From the IMG/VR virus record IMGVR_UViG_3300022908_000001, positions 9,488-73,487 of that record: 64,000 bases of DNA. One strand, written 5' to 3'. The notes beneath the pieces were generated by a model. It did no database searches. It saw only the letters and a program-made list of their open reading frames with translations, and was not told where the DNA came from. This document shows, piece after piece, positions 20,429 to 30,114 of this stretch; the first letter of the stretch is position 1, and each line of letters begins with the position of its first letter. The translations under genes were made by a program, and so were the position numbers. The DNA comes from a virus.

Positions 20429-20608
20429 ATGACAATTGGAGAACAGGTTAAAAGCAAGCGAAAAGAACTTGGATTAAACGAAATTCAATTCGCCGTAAGG
20501 GCAGGAATAGCACTTGATACCCTACGTAGGGTTGAAAAAGGCGGCAACCCTACGCTATACATAATTAAAAAATTACAGGACGCCTGCGGGTTTAAATTTG
20601 AAATATGA
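20429..20608 (+). CDS. XRE-family helix-turn-helix regulator
   Basis: MTIGEQVKSKRKELGLNEIQFAVRAGIALDTLRRVEKGGNPTL; TATATTTG lies 5 nt before the ATG. Confidence 0.85.
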   Translation: MTIGEQVKSKRKELGLNEIQFAVRAGIALDTLRRVEKGGNPTLYIIKKLQDACGFKFEI

Positions 20609-20854
20609 CTGATAAACTTTTTACGCCGGATGAAATTATTGATTTTTTACTTTGGGCAAATGACTTCTATTCAGTTGAAGGGTTGGTATGCGGAGAAGAA
20701 AGAGAAGTATTAAAACAAGTAATTGAAGAATATTTAGATAAAATTAAAAAATGAACCTCTACTGCTTCCTCCTCTCCCATACATGGTTTCAAACGAAATT
20801 CAAAATTCGTAAGTGTACTGTTTGCGGGAAGGTGCAGAGGTTTAGCGATGGGAA

Positions 20855-21611
20855 ATGGAGAGATGTGAGATGAATAAATACAAATGTATTTGGAATATAA
20901 ATGCCACAGCCGAGGAGTATCCGGCTAATATACCTACATGGCTCCCTGAATTCATGGTAATGGCAGAAGATGAGGCCCATGCTTTATACCAATATGAAAA
21001 ACATTTACTTTCCACGTGTCAACATCCGAATCCTAAATACTTTAATGAAGAATATGCCGAAAACATAGAAAAATACCTTTCTCGCCCATTCGCATCTGGC
21101 GGTTGGGGTTTATTTGCAAATAAGATAAAATGACCTACCAAGAAGCCATCCTCGAACAGACCGTAGAAACACAGCGCAGATCAGATAAACTACTTGGTCG
21201 TGATAAAATGGGATATGATGAATTTTGTAACGCGGTAGACGAAATCATACCATCTGAAATGATGACTATGAAGGATGGGAAACCATTAGCCAACATGCGT
21301 GAAACCAACAAAGTAATTGGAAAGTATATTAAAGATACGACCGGAATGCCTTATTATGAGATTTATTTAAGCATGAAATATAATTTACCTTTAAGATGAA
21401 CGAAATAGAATTATTTAACGAGGCGCATAATTTACAGATAGAGATAGCGGTAGGAAATGCGATTGCCTATAAATTTCCGCATATTGCTCATGTGATTACA
21501 TTAAATTACGATGGTGATAATCTTGAAATTACTTTTTTAGACCCAAGTCAAAATTATTCTGACAAAGTATTTAAGTTTATTGAAGAGCTTAAATTAACAG
21601 GAGCTTTATGA
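20855..21611 (+). CDS. Three small overlapping hypothetical genes (20855-21133, 21130-21399, 21396-21611)
   Basis: ATGA-type overlaps in the opposite-strand island between scaffold and portal. Confidence 0.5.
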
Positions 21612-21847
21612 CCATTCTCGGCAACCGCCTCCTGATCGAACCAACAGAACCTATAAGACAGCTTCCGAGTGGATTATATTTGCCTGATAGCGCTATTCAA
21701 AAACCAAATACCGGCACTGTTGTTAGTGTAGGTACTAAGTCAGACCCATCATGGCTGAATAAGATTGTTTTGTATAATCCTATTATAGCCGTGTCGATTG
21801 AGGGGAAACATTTAGTTCACGAAACTGATATAAAGTTTATCTTATGA
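21608..21847 (+). CDS. groES: GroES-like co-chaperonin
   Basis: ILGNRLLIEP...PSGLYLPDSAIQKPNTGTVVSVG...VHETDIKFIL matches the Cpn10 pattern. Confidence 0.85.
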   Translation: MTILGNRLLIEPTEPIRQLPSGLYLPDSAIQKPNTGTVVSVGTKSDPSWLNKIVLYNPIIAVSIEGKHLVHETDIKFIL

Positions 21848-22161
21848 AGAATAAATATACCTTTGAATGCTCAAGTGTTGATATTCTGAATAAGAAAACC
21901 ATAGGCATTGTGATTTCAAAAAATCCAATCAAGGAGTACTGTGAGGGTTATTTTGAATCCGGTACAATTTCATGCCCTGAACCCCGTATGATATTAAGAC
22001 ATATAGAAAGTGGTTATGATTTTATAGTTCAGGTTGTGGATAAGACCGTACCCTATCAGCATAAAATATCCCTGATTAAAACTTATAAAAATATACCTAT
22101 GCCTAAAGTTAATGCAGGAGATTCTTTTATATCAAATGGATTTATTACTTTTAATAATTAA
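21844..22161 (+). CDS. Hypothetical protein, 105 aa
   Basis: ORF coupled to the groES-like gene. Confidence 0.45.
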   Translation: MKNKYTFECSSVDILNKKTIGIVISKNPIKEYCEGYFESGTISCPEPRMILRHIESGYDFIVQVVDKTVPYQHKISLIKTYKNIPMPKVNAGDSFISNGFITFNN

Positions 22162-22173
22162 AAAATCATCATC

Positions 22174-22383
22174 ATGGCATCAAACTTAACGATTCAGTAT
22201 CCCTTAACAACAGGAATACCGCTACCTCAGGCCGAATTAGTACCATTTGGCAATAATTCGGCGTCTACACAAGATTCAGCCGCAAACTATGTGGCAGGAA
22301 CTCCGGCTGTGACCACACCGGTTACCTCACGTCCGAGGTATCATGAACAGTACACGAAGGGGCAGTTTGAATATCCGAGATAA
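22174..22383 (+). CDS. Small Thr/Ala/Pro-rich protein, possibly virion-associated
   Basis: MASNLTIQYPLTTGIPLPQAELVPF; A-rich translation initiation region. Confidence 0.5.
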   Translation: MASNLTIQYPLTTGIPLPQAELVPFGNNSASTQDSAANYVAGTPAVTTPVTSRPRYHEQYTKGQFEYPR

Positions 22384-22420
22384 TATTTGGAATTACGGAA
22401 ACTGTTATTTACCTTTAGTT

Positions 22421-22480
22421 ATTGTGATAAGGTTTTAGTAACCGAGGGATACGCTACCCCAAGCTGCCTTCGGTTTTTTT
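22421..22480 (+). ncRNA. Putative stand-alone ~60-nt small RNA
   Basis: TTTG (22386) -N20- TACCTTTA (22410) promoter, then ATTGTGATAAGGTTT, a 9-bp stem AACCGAGGG/CCTTCGGTT and a U-tract. Second copy at 51241. Confidence 0.55.
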
Positions 22481-22517
22481 ATTTAAAACAATTCCCATGC
22501 ATATTGGTTTTAACAAT

Positions 22518-22709
22518 ATGATTTCATCGATACTATACCTTTTGCTTTACCTCGTTGTCGCAGTCATTGTGATTGAGGTAGTATTTTGGATATTAGGTAT
22601 GATATTTCCCGGTGGTATCATTACGCCACGCATAAGAGGGTTGCTATACGCCCTCGTTCTAATCGTTCTGCTTATTTGGGCTTTCGGGCATTTTCATTGG
22701 ATAGCTTAG
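22518..22709 (+). CDS. Small two-TM membrane protein
   Basis: Two long hydrophobic stretches separated by FPGGIITPRIR. Confidence 0.7.
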   Translation: MISSILYLLLYLVVAVIVIEVVFWILGMIFPGGIITPRIRGLLYALVLIVLLIWAFGHFHWIA

Positions 22710-25042
22710 GCTGACTTCCTTGGCATAATTAAACTCTGTAATCTTAACTCATTTAACCTATTTTGTCCTTTAATGATTTCGGTCTGGAGCGCTTGCTGTG
22801 TCTGTTGCTGTCCTTTTTGAGCCTGTAATACCGCTTCATTCTGCGCTTCCTGTTGTTGCAATTGAGCATCAGTTTGACCTTTAGCCTGCTGTGACATCTG
22901 TTGCTGTTGCCCATTTGCCTGTATAGCCTGCATTTGTTCTTGCTTGGCCTGTTCCTGGCGTTTAGTTACAGCAAATGCGGTATATATCTGAGCCTGCTTT
23001 AATTTTCCTGAGCGGATCATGGATTCTACCAGCAAAAAATCCGCTTCACTCATAGATTGCAAACCACCCTGACGGGCTGCCGAGCGCATTTGCATGATAT
23101 TTTCAAGCATTAATTGCTTATCGCTATCATTCAACGCAGGTACAATTTGACAGTCAAAATCGTAATCAAATATCTTTTCACTTATACCAACTATCTCAAG
23201 TGAGCGTGAGATGCTTAATTTCTTCTTTTGCTCCGGTGTAGCATACTTAGCCACGCACTGCCATTTACTTGCTACAACCTCATAAACCGATTGCGTCATC
23301 TGCTCTCCCGCATTAATCAACGGCGTTAACGAGTTCTGGCTACCTTCGAGCAACAGTTTGCTAACACCAAGCCCCGTCTGCTCATGCGGTGTCTGCGCTG
23401 CAAAAATATCATTCACGCCAGTAACTTTCTCGATCATGCCAATAGTACGGGACATATCTTCCCACCAAGCTGAAATGATTTGCATAAGGTCTGTTCCAAT
23501 TGGCACAACCGGTCTGCCTGCACCCTGATTCTGCCCCCATTGGTTCTTGGTATCCATCAACAGGTAGCCCTCGTCTTGCAGTATTTTCAACAACTGTTGG
23601 GGTTTGTAGGAAACTCCATCAATCTTCATGCCCTCTAACGCACCTTTGTCTATGGCTAAATTTGGCGGTGCAGGCATCTTAGCACGAGCCACGCGCAATT
23701 TTAGCATGATTAGTTGCGCATCATCTACGAAAGGTATAGAGCGTTCCACGATTGAAGTAGAGCCAGTGCGAGTAAACTTCAAAGGAAACAGCGGCCATTT
23801 CTTACCGCCTTCTGTTTTATAGTTGATGTCGGTATCTTCTCCGTAATCGAATACGTACATTGAACCCAAGACAAGAGATGCACGGTAGACAGTCATGTTT
23901 GAGTAGGCGTCGAGGGTTTTGCCCTTATTATTTTTGACCTTGTTCAGGTCATACGAGGCGTCAACCTTATTCACTACCAACGTACCGTTATCCCTTGTCA
24001 CGCTGGTAACCCTAACCGACTTACTCCCAATCCAATACCCCCTGAATACATCGACCAAAATCTGATCGATCATTCTGAAATCAAACTGATCGTTGTTATT
24101 GTATAATGAAGAGAAGAAACCGGATGTATTCGTGTTGGCGTATTTACGGGCTATTTCAATAACCTGCTTACTGGTCAAATCAGAAGTCCTGCGTAATTCT
24201 GCTATAGATATTCGCTCCCACCAACCACCCCAAGAGGCGTCACGGTAGTCCCTGTATTGAGAATGTGGAAATACAGCCCGTTCAATATCGATGTATCGTT
24301 CTTCTACCTCATTTGAATTAGGATTGGTAAATACGCCCCGTGCCGCATATCCGACAGTAATAAGGTCATCGTTCTGCAAATCCTCTATACCTTCTGTTTT
24401 GGATATGTAACGGGTGGTATCGATCAGGTTTTCCAGTGCAGCTTCCTCTTCGAGCATGAACAAGCCGATAGATTGAGCCAAGTCAACATCCTGTGGTGTT
24501 TGAATTGGAACGGAGTTGTTAGCGGCAGGAATTTGTGGCTTAGCAAGGTTAACGGTGTGATATTGGTTGACGTTCTGCAGCAGGTTTCCAAGCCGTATGT
24601 CGGTGACAATTTTAGCTACAGCGACTTTAGTCTTTTTGTCCATCAGCGCCTCGTAATCACTTGCCTGAACGTTGATGTCATATTTGTTCTTCATCAGGAA
24701 GCCAAGTACAGCATCGCATTTCTGCGGAAGCACCTGTGTCATATCCCATGAGATGTTCAGTGTAGTTTTGCGTATGCCAGACTCATCCGGCAACCCAACC
24801 ATATAGTTTTTATACTTATTGATGTTGTTACGCCCGTGCCGGTAAGCGCGTAACTCCCCAATAGAACGGCGCGTCCCCCATCCATCATAAGGCAACCCGC
24901 AACGGTTCATAAAGTACTTTGAACACATCGCATTGCAGGCGGCTAAAAAATATCCTTCGTCTTTTACGGGGTTTGATTCATCAGGGAAAGGGTACGCCGT
25001 TTCCGAAACATACTTGGATGCGAATTTTAACTGTTCTGCCAT
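22706..25042 (-). CDS. Portal protein, 778 aa
   Basis: Between terminase and scaffold. LNISWD...LPQKCDAVLG, IEKVTGVND motifs and a Gln-rich C-terminal barrel helix, as in podovirus portals. Confidence 0.85.
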   Translation of the reverse strand: MAEQLKFASKYVSETAYPFPDESNPVKDEGYFLAACNAMCSKYFMNRCGLPYDGWGTRRSIGELRAYRHGRNNINKYKNYMVGLPDESGIRKTTLNISWDMTQVLPQKCDAVLGFLMKNKYDINVQASDYEALMDKKTKVAVAKIVTDIRLGNLLQNVNQYHTVNLAKPQIPAANNSVPIQTPQDVDLAQSIGLFMLEEEAALENLIDTTRYISKTEGIEDLQNDDLITVGYAARGVFTNPNSNEVEERYIDIERAVFPHSQYRDYRDASWGGWWERISIAELRRTSDLTSKQVIEIARKYANTNTSGFFSSLYNNNDQFDFRMIDQILVDVFRGYWIGSKSVRVTSVTRDNGTLVVNKVDASYDLNKVKNNKGKTLDAYSNMTVYRASLVLGSMYVFDYGEDTDINYKTEGGKKWPLFPLKFTRTGSTSIVERSIPFVDDAQLIMLKLRVARAKMPAPPNLAIDKGALEGMKIDGVSYKPQQLLKILQDEGYLLMDTKNQWGQNQGAGRPVVPIGTDLMQIISAWWEDMSRTIGMIEKVTGVNDIFAAQTPHEQTGLGVSKLLLEGSQNSLTPLINAGEQMTQSVYEVVASKWQCVAKYATPEQKKKLSISRSLEIVGISEKIFDYDFDCQIVPALNDSDKQLMLENIMQMRSAARQGGLQSMSEADFLLVESMIRSGKLKQAQIYTAFAVTKRQEQAKQEQMQAIQANGQQQQMSQQAKGQTDAQLQQQEAQNEAVLQAQKGQQQTQQALQTEIIKGQNRLNELRLQSLIMPRKSA

Positions 25043-25084
25043 TTTAGCGTTGGGGCTATATGGGTGTTAAAGATATGATTAAAA

Positions 25085-25650
25085 TTACACATATTGCAAA
25101 TTGGATTTATTCGGGTATCTGCCTCTTACCCAATCCGTCAATGTTCCTCTTTTTATTCCATTGTATTTAGCCGCCTCTCGTGTCCCTGAATAGTATATGC
25201 CAGTTTCAAAATTTAGTATTAAAAATGCTTTTGCATCTCGCATTTTATCTATTTCATCTGGAGTATATGGCCTTTGGTAATTTCCATTTTTTTCTCCGCA
25301 ATTAATACCAAACTTCCGCTTTATACTATTTCCCGTCCTTAAAGCACCCGGAGCACCTTTGCCTCCATGAGTTAGGTTTAATCCGAATGGATTATTTAAT
25401 CTATGTGTGTTAAACTCTTTAATCCAAAATATCTCTAAATCATGTCTATCCTCTAACTTACATGATTCAATTACAATAAACCGGCAAAGATGCAGCGGGT
25501 ATTTTTTTAATGCATTATAAATCAATCTTTGCCTATTGATAGAAAGATTTTTATAGTCATTTATCCTGTTTGTTAATTTGTGGTACACCCTACGTATTTA
25601 TGACCCGTCGGGGTGACGATAAGATAAATAAAAGCAACTCCTTTTTTCAT
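25085..25650 (-). pseudogene. GIY-YIG homing endonuclease with a 1-nt frameshift near 25576
   Basis: ATG at 25650 gives MKKGVAFIYLIVTPTGHKYVGCTTN*. Another frame continues LTNRINDY...LIYNALKKY...EIFWIKEFN...GLNLTHGG with a NUMOD-like tail. Confidence 0.8.
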
Positions 25651-25664
25651 ATTTAAATATACTA

Positions 25665-27800
25665 CTAAACTCGCTGAAAAACAAACCACGTATTTTCACC
25701 AGTAGTCGCTAAATTATCACCGGGGTAGCTTAAATACACCTTATCTCTCGCTAATAGAACGAAGCCAAATGCCACGCCCAAATCTTTTTTCGTTCTCACT
25801 TTCTTGCTTCGATTCATTGTCATTAAATCAGATACAATCCGCTTATGCTTTATGGCGTTACTAAAGTTCATCACGTAGCTTGATATTGACGAAAAGTATT
25901 GGTTTATGGTTTCCTCCGTGGCAGGGGTTCCAACTTGCTTGATGTGTTTAGCCTGATACATTGCGCTATCAAATGTTTCTTCCGGTCTATCCATTAGGTA
26001 CATACCATAGCCACGTGATCTGAAATATGCCTTTATAGACCGCTTGTTATTCTCGACATTCATCTGAGTTCCATAGTATACATGCATTTTTAACATATCC
26101 TCAAAAAACACATTCGGATCGCCTTCTCGAAATAGGTAATCCGCTACGACTTGGTTTGTTTCCCAGTCCCATCCCAGATCAAAAGGTGTGCCGTCATCAT
26201 GCTTTTTAGCACCGTCCACCATATCATCATACATCCTAAATATAATACCTGCACCTTTTGACGCTCTGTTTTTGTCTACAATTTCGTCAATGTCATGCTC
26301 GAACGGGTCACATGAACCCCTGAACTTTCTTATATTTCCGGGGAGTTTAACACCTGCATCGAGTATGAAATGATTGTCAGTTCCGTCTTTTAACAGATAC
26401 GACACCTCCCACTTCCCATCCTCGCAAGGTTCAAAAATAACTTTGGTATCCCGCTGACCATTTGTCCATTCAAAATTTCCCTTTACAGTCCATTCCTTTG
26501 GGTCAAATCCGTACGCTTCGGGATATTCGAGCCGTCTTGTAATATCTTGAAGGTGTTCCTTGTTAAAAGCCGTCTTCTCCCCACTCGGAGTCAAAGCATC
26601 CTCAATTTTAGTCGGCGATTTCCTTAACAGGTTCCCAATGGCCTTTTCCTTGCCCAACTTCCGCAGGTTAGCTATTTCCTTTTCCAAACGCTGTTTAGCT
26701 TCCTCCCGTTTCGGGAAACCCCAATCATCTGGCTCGGCTACATCCTCTACGGTAATGAATATCCTCCACAGCCCCGTTGTAGTCCTACCATTCTCATTAA
26801 GTTCATCAGGGTTGCTATCCTTCCAAAATGTATTTACCTCGTCAATCTGTTCATCATCTATTTCCTCGATACTCGATTCTACCCAGCACTTACCAACTAT
26901 AATAGCCCCGTCAAAGTAATGCAGTGTGGGTTTAAATACTTCCCACCACTTAATCAATGACATGGTTTCCAACTTGCCGGCTTCGTTCAGGATGCCCCGG
27001 TTGGTTTCCTGACCATCATACGCACTCGCCTTAGCGGGTTCAAAGTCAATTTTACTACCCAACTCATCCTCACTGTACTTGATCTCATCTGAATTAGCGT
27101 CATTCTCTGCCATGCCTTTCATCTTGGCGTCCGTCATACGCTCAGATGGGTAGCTGAACTCTAACTTATCTTCCGGGTCATCACTACCTTTGTGAACCGG
27201 CTTCATAAACCAGATCATTTTCTTATTGGCACGGGTAATGCGCTTGAAATTCTTGTAAGCCTCGGTATCGTTTTTAGATTGATTGTGCCCCTGTACATTT
27301 CGAACCCTTGAGCAGAACTCGTACTCTTCCCCCAATGTGAACTCAGTCTTACCACCACGACGGGGGCCGATAAGAAATAATCCGTAGCAATCAACGTTTC
27401 GTACTACCATATTCCATAATTGGAATACGTAACATTGAAACAAACGAAATCCAGGGTGTATATTCTTTACCGTCCACCAATAATTCAGGAAGAAGTAGTA
27501 AGGGCCTGTAAAATAGATGGGCTGGTTTTTAATCAGTATCCAAATCCCATTCTTGCGCTTATGCCACTCATTTTCAATCCACTCTTCTTCTTCTTTTGTG
27601 ACTCGGTTCTTTCGTGTTAGAAGTGATTTCGGTATTTCGGTGTGCCTGAACTTCTGGTCTTTCTCCGGTAAGCCATAGTTAACCATGTGCTTTAGCGGCG
27701 GCATGGATGGCAGTGGGATTTTATAGCCGCCAAACTCAGTGTAGCCGGAGATGGTTGACCAATCGGCGGTGTATCTATATTGTTCCTTTTGGGTCGGCAT
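25665..27800 (-). CDS. terL: Terminase large subunit (likely start MPTQKEQY at 27800)
   Basis: Walker A GPRRGGKT, Walker B ILNEAGK, nuclease GSCDPF...VENN...KDLGVAFG. Confidence 0.92.
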   Translation of the reverse strand: MPTQKEQYRYTADWSTISGYTEFGGYKIPLPSMPPLKHMVNYGLPEKDQKFRHTEIPKSLLTRKNRVTKEEEEWIENEWHKRKNGIWILIKNQPIYFTGPYYFFLNYWWTVKNIHPGFRLFQCYVFQLWNMVVRNVDCYGLFLIGPRRGGKTEFTLGEEYEFCSRVRNVQGHNQSKNDTEAYKNFKRITRANKKMIWFMKPVHKGSDDPEDKLEFSYPSERMTDAKMKGMAENDANSDEIKYSEDELGSKIDFEPAKASAYDGQETNRGILNEAGKLETMSLIKWWEVFKPTLHYFDGAIIVGKCWVESSIEEIDDEQIDEVNTFWKDSNPDELNENGRTTTGLWRIFITVEDVAEPDDWGFPKREEAKQRLEKEIANLRKLGKEKAIGNLLRKSPTKIEDALTPSGEKTAFNKEHLQDITRRLEYPEAYGFDPKEWTVKGNFEWTNGQRDTKVIFEPCEDGKWEVSYLLKDGTDNHFILDAGVKLPGNIRKFRGSCDPFEHDIDEIVDKNRASKGAGIIFRMYDDMVDGAKKHDDGTPFDLGWDWETNQVVADYLFREGDPNVFFEDMLKMHVYYGTQMNVENNKRSIKAYFRSRGYGMYLMDRPEETFDSAMYQAKHIKQVGTPATEETINQYFSSISSYVMNFSNAIKHKRIVSDLMTMNRSKKVRTKKDLGVAFGFVLLARDKVYLSYPGDNLATTGENTWFVFQRV

Positions 27801-28305
27801 ATTTTTCGCTAAACTGTAACAACCTCGCCGTCTCCTGTCTAGCCGTCTTTCTCGTATGCGTATCAGGAAATATCTGCTTCTCATACTCCACCAGCGACTT
27901 ATGCATATCCGGCAGTACTTTCTCCACATTTAACCGCTCGCGAACTGACTTTTCTACGTCGTCCATACCTAACGGGCTTCGAATGAATGCAGTTAATTGG
28001 TGAAAATTAATCAATTTTGATTGCCACGTAACGAAAGCAAGGTTATCCATTGCCATAAATATGGCTGTGGCTATTTTATTATATTCTAAGTTTTCCCCGG
28101 TTAGTATGTCGGGATATTCAGCATTCAGGTGTTTGGTAACCTTGCTTAGCCGTGCCGAGTAATCATCCCTATCGTCCAACAGGTATGGGCTATCCTCCTG
28201 TATCATGTACAGAACGACACGTAATAGCTTATCATCTTCGGTTATACCACGCAATGACGGGTATTTGTCGCAGATGGGTTCTTTGCAGGAGGGATCGTAT
28301 CTCAT
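27775..28305 (-). CDS. Putative terminase small subunit
   Basis: Helical 176-aa gene overlapping the terL start; call is by position only. Confidence 0.45.
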   Translation of the reverse strand: MRYDPSCKEPICDKYPSLRGITEDDKLLRVVLYMIQEDSPYLLDDRDDYSARLSKVTKHLNAEYPDILTGENLEYNKIATAIFMAMDNLAFVTWQSKLINFHQLTAFIRSPLGMDDVEKSVRERLNVEKVLPDMHKSLVEYEKQIFPDTHTRKTARQETARLLQFSEKYADPKGTI

Positions 28306-29177
28306 TTAATAGTCCCCCATTCGTCTAACTCAATAGCGTTTTTTATAGAACCCGTATACGCATCTTCGCCAATATCTTTAAATGATATTGACTTGAAATC
28401 CTTTACAAGTTTAGGTTCTGTATCTACCGTAAATGTATGCGTATTCATCAGTTTTGCTGCTATATCCTTCCTATGCACCAACTCAATATCCCTCAATTCC
28501 TCATTTCCCACCTCATAGCTGATACGAAACCCCCTATTCTTAGCTATCAGCACCCGGTCGCCCGGAGAAAGTTCCATACCCGGCTCAAATTCGTTCTCCA
28601 AATGCTGTCTGCATGGGGCATCAGCCGATAACACGATGCCGTGATTCAGTTCGTACTTATTATGGTTCCGCGTAAGCAGTATCCCGCTCGACAATTCCAG
28701 CTTATCCGGTAACTGGTCACGAAGAAAGAAGACGTATCCATTGACGGGACGCAGTTCATCTTCGTAAACACCATACACCCTATCCTGCCTGACCAGTACG
28801 CACAGCCCATAATCAGCCGTTCTGACCAATCTGCACTCAATTTCAGCGTCAACTTGTTCCCGGTAGTCAAAAAACACCCGGTCACCAACTTTTACATCAA
28901 AATTAGCATCAAATTCCAGTGAATTTCGTACCATGGCGTTAAATTCATCGCCGTGACCGTCGCCTTTGTTGCCAAAAAACCATGTTTGCTCGGGCAGCAT
29001 GAGCACTTTACCTGATATGGACAGGTATTTTGACCGGTCTTGGTTGAAATAGGTTAATTGTATCTTAACTGAGCCGTCTGGTGTGGGTATTTCGTGAAAA
29101 TCATACGCCGAATCAGCTTTGATTAGGACATGGTTAAAGGGGATTTTAGCGGTCTTGATGTCTATTGTATCGATCAT
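28302..29177 (-). CDS. Tandem GroES-like domain protein, 291 aa
   Basis: Two Cpn10-like repeats: PFNHVLIK...GKVLMLP...VKVGDRVFF and PVNGYVFF...SSGILL...GIVLSAD...LSPGDRVLI. Confidence 0.7.
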   Translation of the reverse strand: MIDTIDIKTAKIPFNHVLIKADSAYDFHEIPTPDGSVKIQLTYFNQDRSKYLSISGKVLMLPEQTWFFGNKGDGHGDEFNAMVRNSLEFDANFDVKVGDRVFFDYREQVDAEIECRLVRTADYGLCVLVRQDRVYGVYEDELRPVNGYVFFLRDQLPDKLELSSGILLTRNHNKYELNHGIVLSADAPCRQHLENEFEPGMELSPGDRVLIAKNRGFRISYEVGNEELRDIELVHRKDIAAKLMNTHTFTVDTEPKLVKDFKSISFKDIGEDAYTGSIKNAIELDEWGTIK

Positions 29178-29249
29178 TTGTATAAATGTATAAATTATTC
29201 AATACCTTTATGCTGTTTTGTTTATTTATTCACTTTATTCATTTAAAAC

Positions 29250-29474
29250 ATGGCAAACATCACTACCGTAACAGCGTATCAGTATAACACTACGCCTGCT
29301 TACAAAGTTCACGCAATCGGAACGGCATCTATCCTGGATATTTTGCCTTTTTCTCAATCAGCAATCCCATTCATCAACTCGGTCGTTTACACAAGTAACC
29401 CGGTTCTGTCTGCATTGTATTGCAACGAAACCCCATCTGTTATTCAGAACAGGGCTAACGCTCCGCTGGCGTAA
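29250..29474 (+). CDS. Small protein, possibly virion-associated, 74 aa
   Basis: Isolated plus-strand gene with its own A-rich start and downstream terminator. Confidence 0.55.
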   Translation: MANITTVTAYQYNTTPAYKVHAIGTASILDILPFSQSAIPFINSVVYTSNPVLSALYCNETPSVIQNRANAPLA

Positions 29475-29477
29475 TTG

Positions 29478-29508
29478 ACTCTCCCTTGTCTGTTGGCAGG
29501 GGAGTTTC
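29478..29508 (+). terminator. Intrinsic terminator
   Basis: CTCCCTTGTC-TGTT-GGCAGGGGAG followed by TTT. Confidence 0.6.
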
Positions 29509-29646
29509 ATATCACCTCCAACCTCCTGTGCGTCGGAAACATTCTAAGGTTAGACGAATTGTAGGGAGATAGCCAGAGCATCAGCGCATACGGTGCGTGA
29601 CGGTGGATTCGGGATTTGTGGGAGGCAACTAATTTCTCGTGGTTGG

Positions 29647-30104
29647 TCATATATCTGCGTATAATTGAACATTATTCAAATCACCGCCAGTCATGTACTG
29701 GCTGTATTTATCTTCCCACTCATAGATATTATCATCGCTAAGCCCGTCCAAATCAGAGATAAACTCATCTTTCATTTCAAATGGGATAACGTATGAATGC
29801 CCGCTATCATCTTGTGTTGCATAAACTTTTTTCATATCTTCTCAATATCCTTCTCCGGTAACGGTTCTGGCGACGGCTTAACATCAGCCCACGCACTTTT
29901 AAACACCTTTTCACTCGGAATATTTTCAAATACCTTAGCGTAATAGGTATCAAAAACATCATAGAAAACTTTCGCCTCTGTAAAGCGAACCGCAACAACT
30001 TTTCCATCCCGTTCATCAGGCGCTATGCCCATTTCGGTATGTTGTTTAAATGTTGGGATAAATTCGCATTCATCTCCGATTTGAAATCCTGATGGTAATT
30101 CCAT
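29647..30104 (-). CDS. Two small acidic hypothetical genes (29647-29835, 29832-30104)
   Basis: Coupled ORFs; the second has an SH3-like FQIGDEC...GKVVAVRF pattern. Confidence 0.5.
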
Positions 30105-30114
30105 ATTATTTATT

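Noticed and set aside
22780-22960. CAG/CAA-rich repeat-like stretch
   Set aside because: Explained by the Gln-rich coiled-coil C-terminus of the portal protein.
27801-27929. N-terminal extension of terminase in the ORF track (MWRKYCRIC...)
   Set aside because: Overlaps the upstream gene in another frame; ATG 27800 is the plausible start.
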